From: Octopus bimaculoides
Taxonomy: Eukaryota
Assembly (NCBI RefSeq): GCF_001194135.2
Contig: NC_068981.1
Span: 98,427,527-98,491,526 of the forward strand
Direction: 5' to 3'
Length of the DNA: 64,000 nucleotides
Shown here: piece after piece, positions 61,502 to 64,000 of the stretch
How the letters are laid out: the number at the start of each line of letters is the position of its first letter
Numbering within the stretch: the stretch's first letter is position 1
The notes under the pieces: generated by a model
The model's database searches: none
What the model was told of the DNA's origin: nothing
What the model saw: the letters and a program-made list of their open reading frames with translations, nothing else
Translations under genes and position numbers: made by a program

Positions 61502-62059
61502 TGAGAGAGAAAGAGAGAGAGAGAGATTAAAAGAGACGAGAAAGGGAAAGAAAGTAAGAGAGAGAGAAAGAGAAACAAGAGAAGGAAAAGAGTAAAGAAG
61601 TCATTAGATGTGTAAATTAACACACACAAACACACACACACACATATATTGCTATTACTGGTGTTGGAAATTTGGGTTACCATGTTGGTTAATATAATCT
61701 AAGACGCTGTATCTAAAAAAAAGTGGGATGGTCAGGACTGGAACTTTTTCATCATAGATTTCCTCAGTAAAAGCATCAACATCAATATATATACAAATAT
61801 ATACAAATCCAATCAACTCTGAGGAAGGAAAACCTATAGCCAAAGACATTCCAGTTTTGACCATCTTATCTTTTTCCAGATCCAGGATTACATTAATCTA
61901 AGATTACATTAATCAATGCGTCCTTTTTAAAAAGGCTATAGAGCGTATAATTTGAGGAAGATTTTGGCTACTATTTCTAGTAGTCCAAGTGAATGCATGG
62001 AAGTTTCATCACTGATTTACATAAGTTGGATGTTATAGCAGCAGCTAAAGGCAATTATC

Positions 62060-62435
62060 CTCATTATCGTCATCATTGTCACTGTCGTCATCGTTGCCGT
62101 TCTTTGTCATCACCACTGTTATCATTGTCATCATCGTTGTTGCCACCATCACCGTCATCATCACCATTGTCATTGTTGTCATAGCTGCCGCTGCCGTCAT
62201 CGTTGTCATTGACATCACCGTCATTGTCGTCATCATATTGTCATCGTTGTCATCATCATCATCACTGCCACCATCCCCATCATTGTTGTCATTGTTGTCA
62301 TTGTCGTCGTCATCATTGTCATCATCGTCGTCGTCATCATTGTCATCATCGTCGTTGTCATTGTTGTCATTGCCACTGTCACCATCATCATCACTATCAT
62401 CATCGTCGTCATCGTCATTGTCGTCGTCATCATCT
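62060..62435. repeat. Degenerate (ATC/GTC)n microsatellite
   Basis: Directly visible. Confidence 0.92.
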
Positions 62436-62849
62436 TAACATTCACAATTCCTTCCAAGGAAGAGTCAGAGGGAAATTTGTTAAGGCAGGTTTTCTGCTGT
62501 TGAATGTTCTTCCTGTCACCAACCCTCATCTGTTTCCTTTTTCTTTATTGCCCACAAGGGGCTACACACAGAGGGGACAAACAAGGACAGACAAACGGAT
62601 TAAGTCGATTATATCGACCCCAGTGCGTGACTGGTACTTGTTTAATTGACCCCGANNNNNNNNNNGTAGCACTCAGAAAGTCGACCTCGGCGGAATTTGA
62701 ACTCAGAACGTAGTGGCAGAGGAAATACCACTGTTTCTGCCAGCTCGCCGCCTTCCAAGCAAGGTAAAATTCCTCCATGACCAGATATGTTTTCAGAGAA
62801 GATCGGAAATAAAGAATAGTGGAACTCATTCACATCTATTGTGCTATGT

Positions 62850-63342
62850 CAAAACAAGGACACACATACACACAGACAGACACACACACAGACACACAAA
62901 CACACAAATGCACACACATATATATACTTTTACTCTTTACTCTTTTACTTGTTTCAGTCATTTGACTGTGGCCATGCTGGAGCACTGCCTTTAGTTGAGC
63001 AAATCGACCCCAGGACTTATTCTTTGGAAACCTAGTACTTATTCTATCAGTCTCTTTTACCGAAACACTAAGTTACAGGGACATAAACACACCACCATCG
63101 GTTGTCAAGCGATGTTGGGGGGACAAACACAGACAGACAAACATATACACACACATACATACATATATATACATATACATATATGCGATGGGCTTCTTTC
63201 AGTTTCCACCTACCAAGTCCACTCACATGGCTTTGGTCGGCCCGAGGTTACAGTAGAAGACACTTGCTCAAGGTGCCACACAGTGGGAATGAACCAGGAA
63301 CCATGTGGTTGGTAAGCAAGCTACTTACCACACAGCCACTCT
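62850..63342 (-). mobile_element. SINE family A, full length, low divergence
   Basis: Reverse complement of the 27228 copy including head, core and tail. Confidence 0.9.
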
Positions 63343-63582
63343 TCTGTCAACTAAATATACATACATACATGCACACACACACACACACATACACACACAC
63401 ACATACACACACACACACACACACATATTTAATATTTTGGACTAATGAGTATATGTCAATTAATGTGTTGAAGTGTTGAGCAGAACACTGGCACAGTTTG
63501 GGCTACCTGCTGTCATAAGCATTTGGGTTATATTTCCATTGGATCTACTTCAGGAACTCCACAGTGTTCTTTGAGATAAGAA

Positions 63583-63584
<2 letters not shown>

Positions 63585-63664
<80 letters not shown>

Positions 63665-63668
63665 TTTA
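63585..63668. repeat. Compound (ATT)n(AGT)n microsatellite
   Basis: Directly visible. Confidence 0.95.
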
Positions 63669-63689
63669 TTACACACACACACACACACA

Positions 63690-63955
63690 TATATATGTCC
63701 AACATCGGGACCAACTTGTGTGCAAACATGGAGGCACATTGGCAAAATGCAGCACCTCTAAATGGAAACATTGCCTATCATTGTGGTTTTGTGGCACAAA
63801 GCAAAGCCTGCTTTGCCATTCACTCAAGAAAACACACAGTAAATGATCTACAAACACTCAAGCAAACTGAGTCCTCAGCTTGTTCCATTTGCCAAAATCT
63901 TTGCAAGACACCACCAGGCCTCGAGAGATACATTTATGCATACAGAACATGATTA
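63690..63955 (+). mobile_element. 3' coding end of a second RTE-type LINE with C-terminal Cys/His finger
   Basis: ORF 63695-63952 W...A...W-like segment, then CSICQNLCKTPPGLER, as in BovB-like RTE C-termini. Confidence 0.55.
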
Positions 63956-64000
63956 CCACTTTATTTTACTGAACCCTCATTTATCATTCACAATGAGAGA

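Noticed and set aside
1-64000. CRISPR arrays, rRNA or prokaryotic operons
   Set aside because: No regularly spaced repeat-spacer arrays or rRNA motifs; the sequence is intron-rich animal DNA.

Overview
AT-rich, repeat-dense eukaryotic genomic DNA with ten N-gaps (e.g. 8381-8547, 26790-27109, 41158-41642, 48181-48877, 60705-61461). The repeat spectrum (tRNA-headed SINEs, RTE tails ending in (GAT)n, Penelope-like elements, very abundant microsatellites) suggests a coleoid cephalopod, most likely Octopus; this is inference. One large minus-strand protein-coding gene spans most of the window. I read 18 phase-compatible GT-AG exons by hand from 57165 down to 12047 (2812 nt, about 937 codons, no internal stop; first and last exons not located). 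The product has a divergent Rab-GAP TBC-like domain lacking clear Arg/Gln catalytic fingers, followed by two C2-like beta domains (the second resembles, from memory, the CCDC17-type C-terminal region). I do not recognise a gene symbol. The introns and flank hold: a decayed CR1/L2-group LINE; two Gypsy remnants; several Penelope-like remnants; a relatively young RTE LINE with a PHD finger inside its RT ORF; mariner (DD34D) and maT (DD37D) transposons; a hAT remnant; MITEs with TA, TTAA and 8-bp target duplications; several SINE families; and several long inverted repeats. No true tRNA, rRNA or CRISPR was found. Most ORFs in the supplied track are microsatellite, gap or antisense artefacts.
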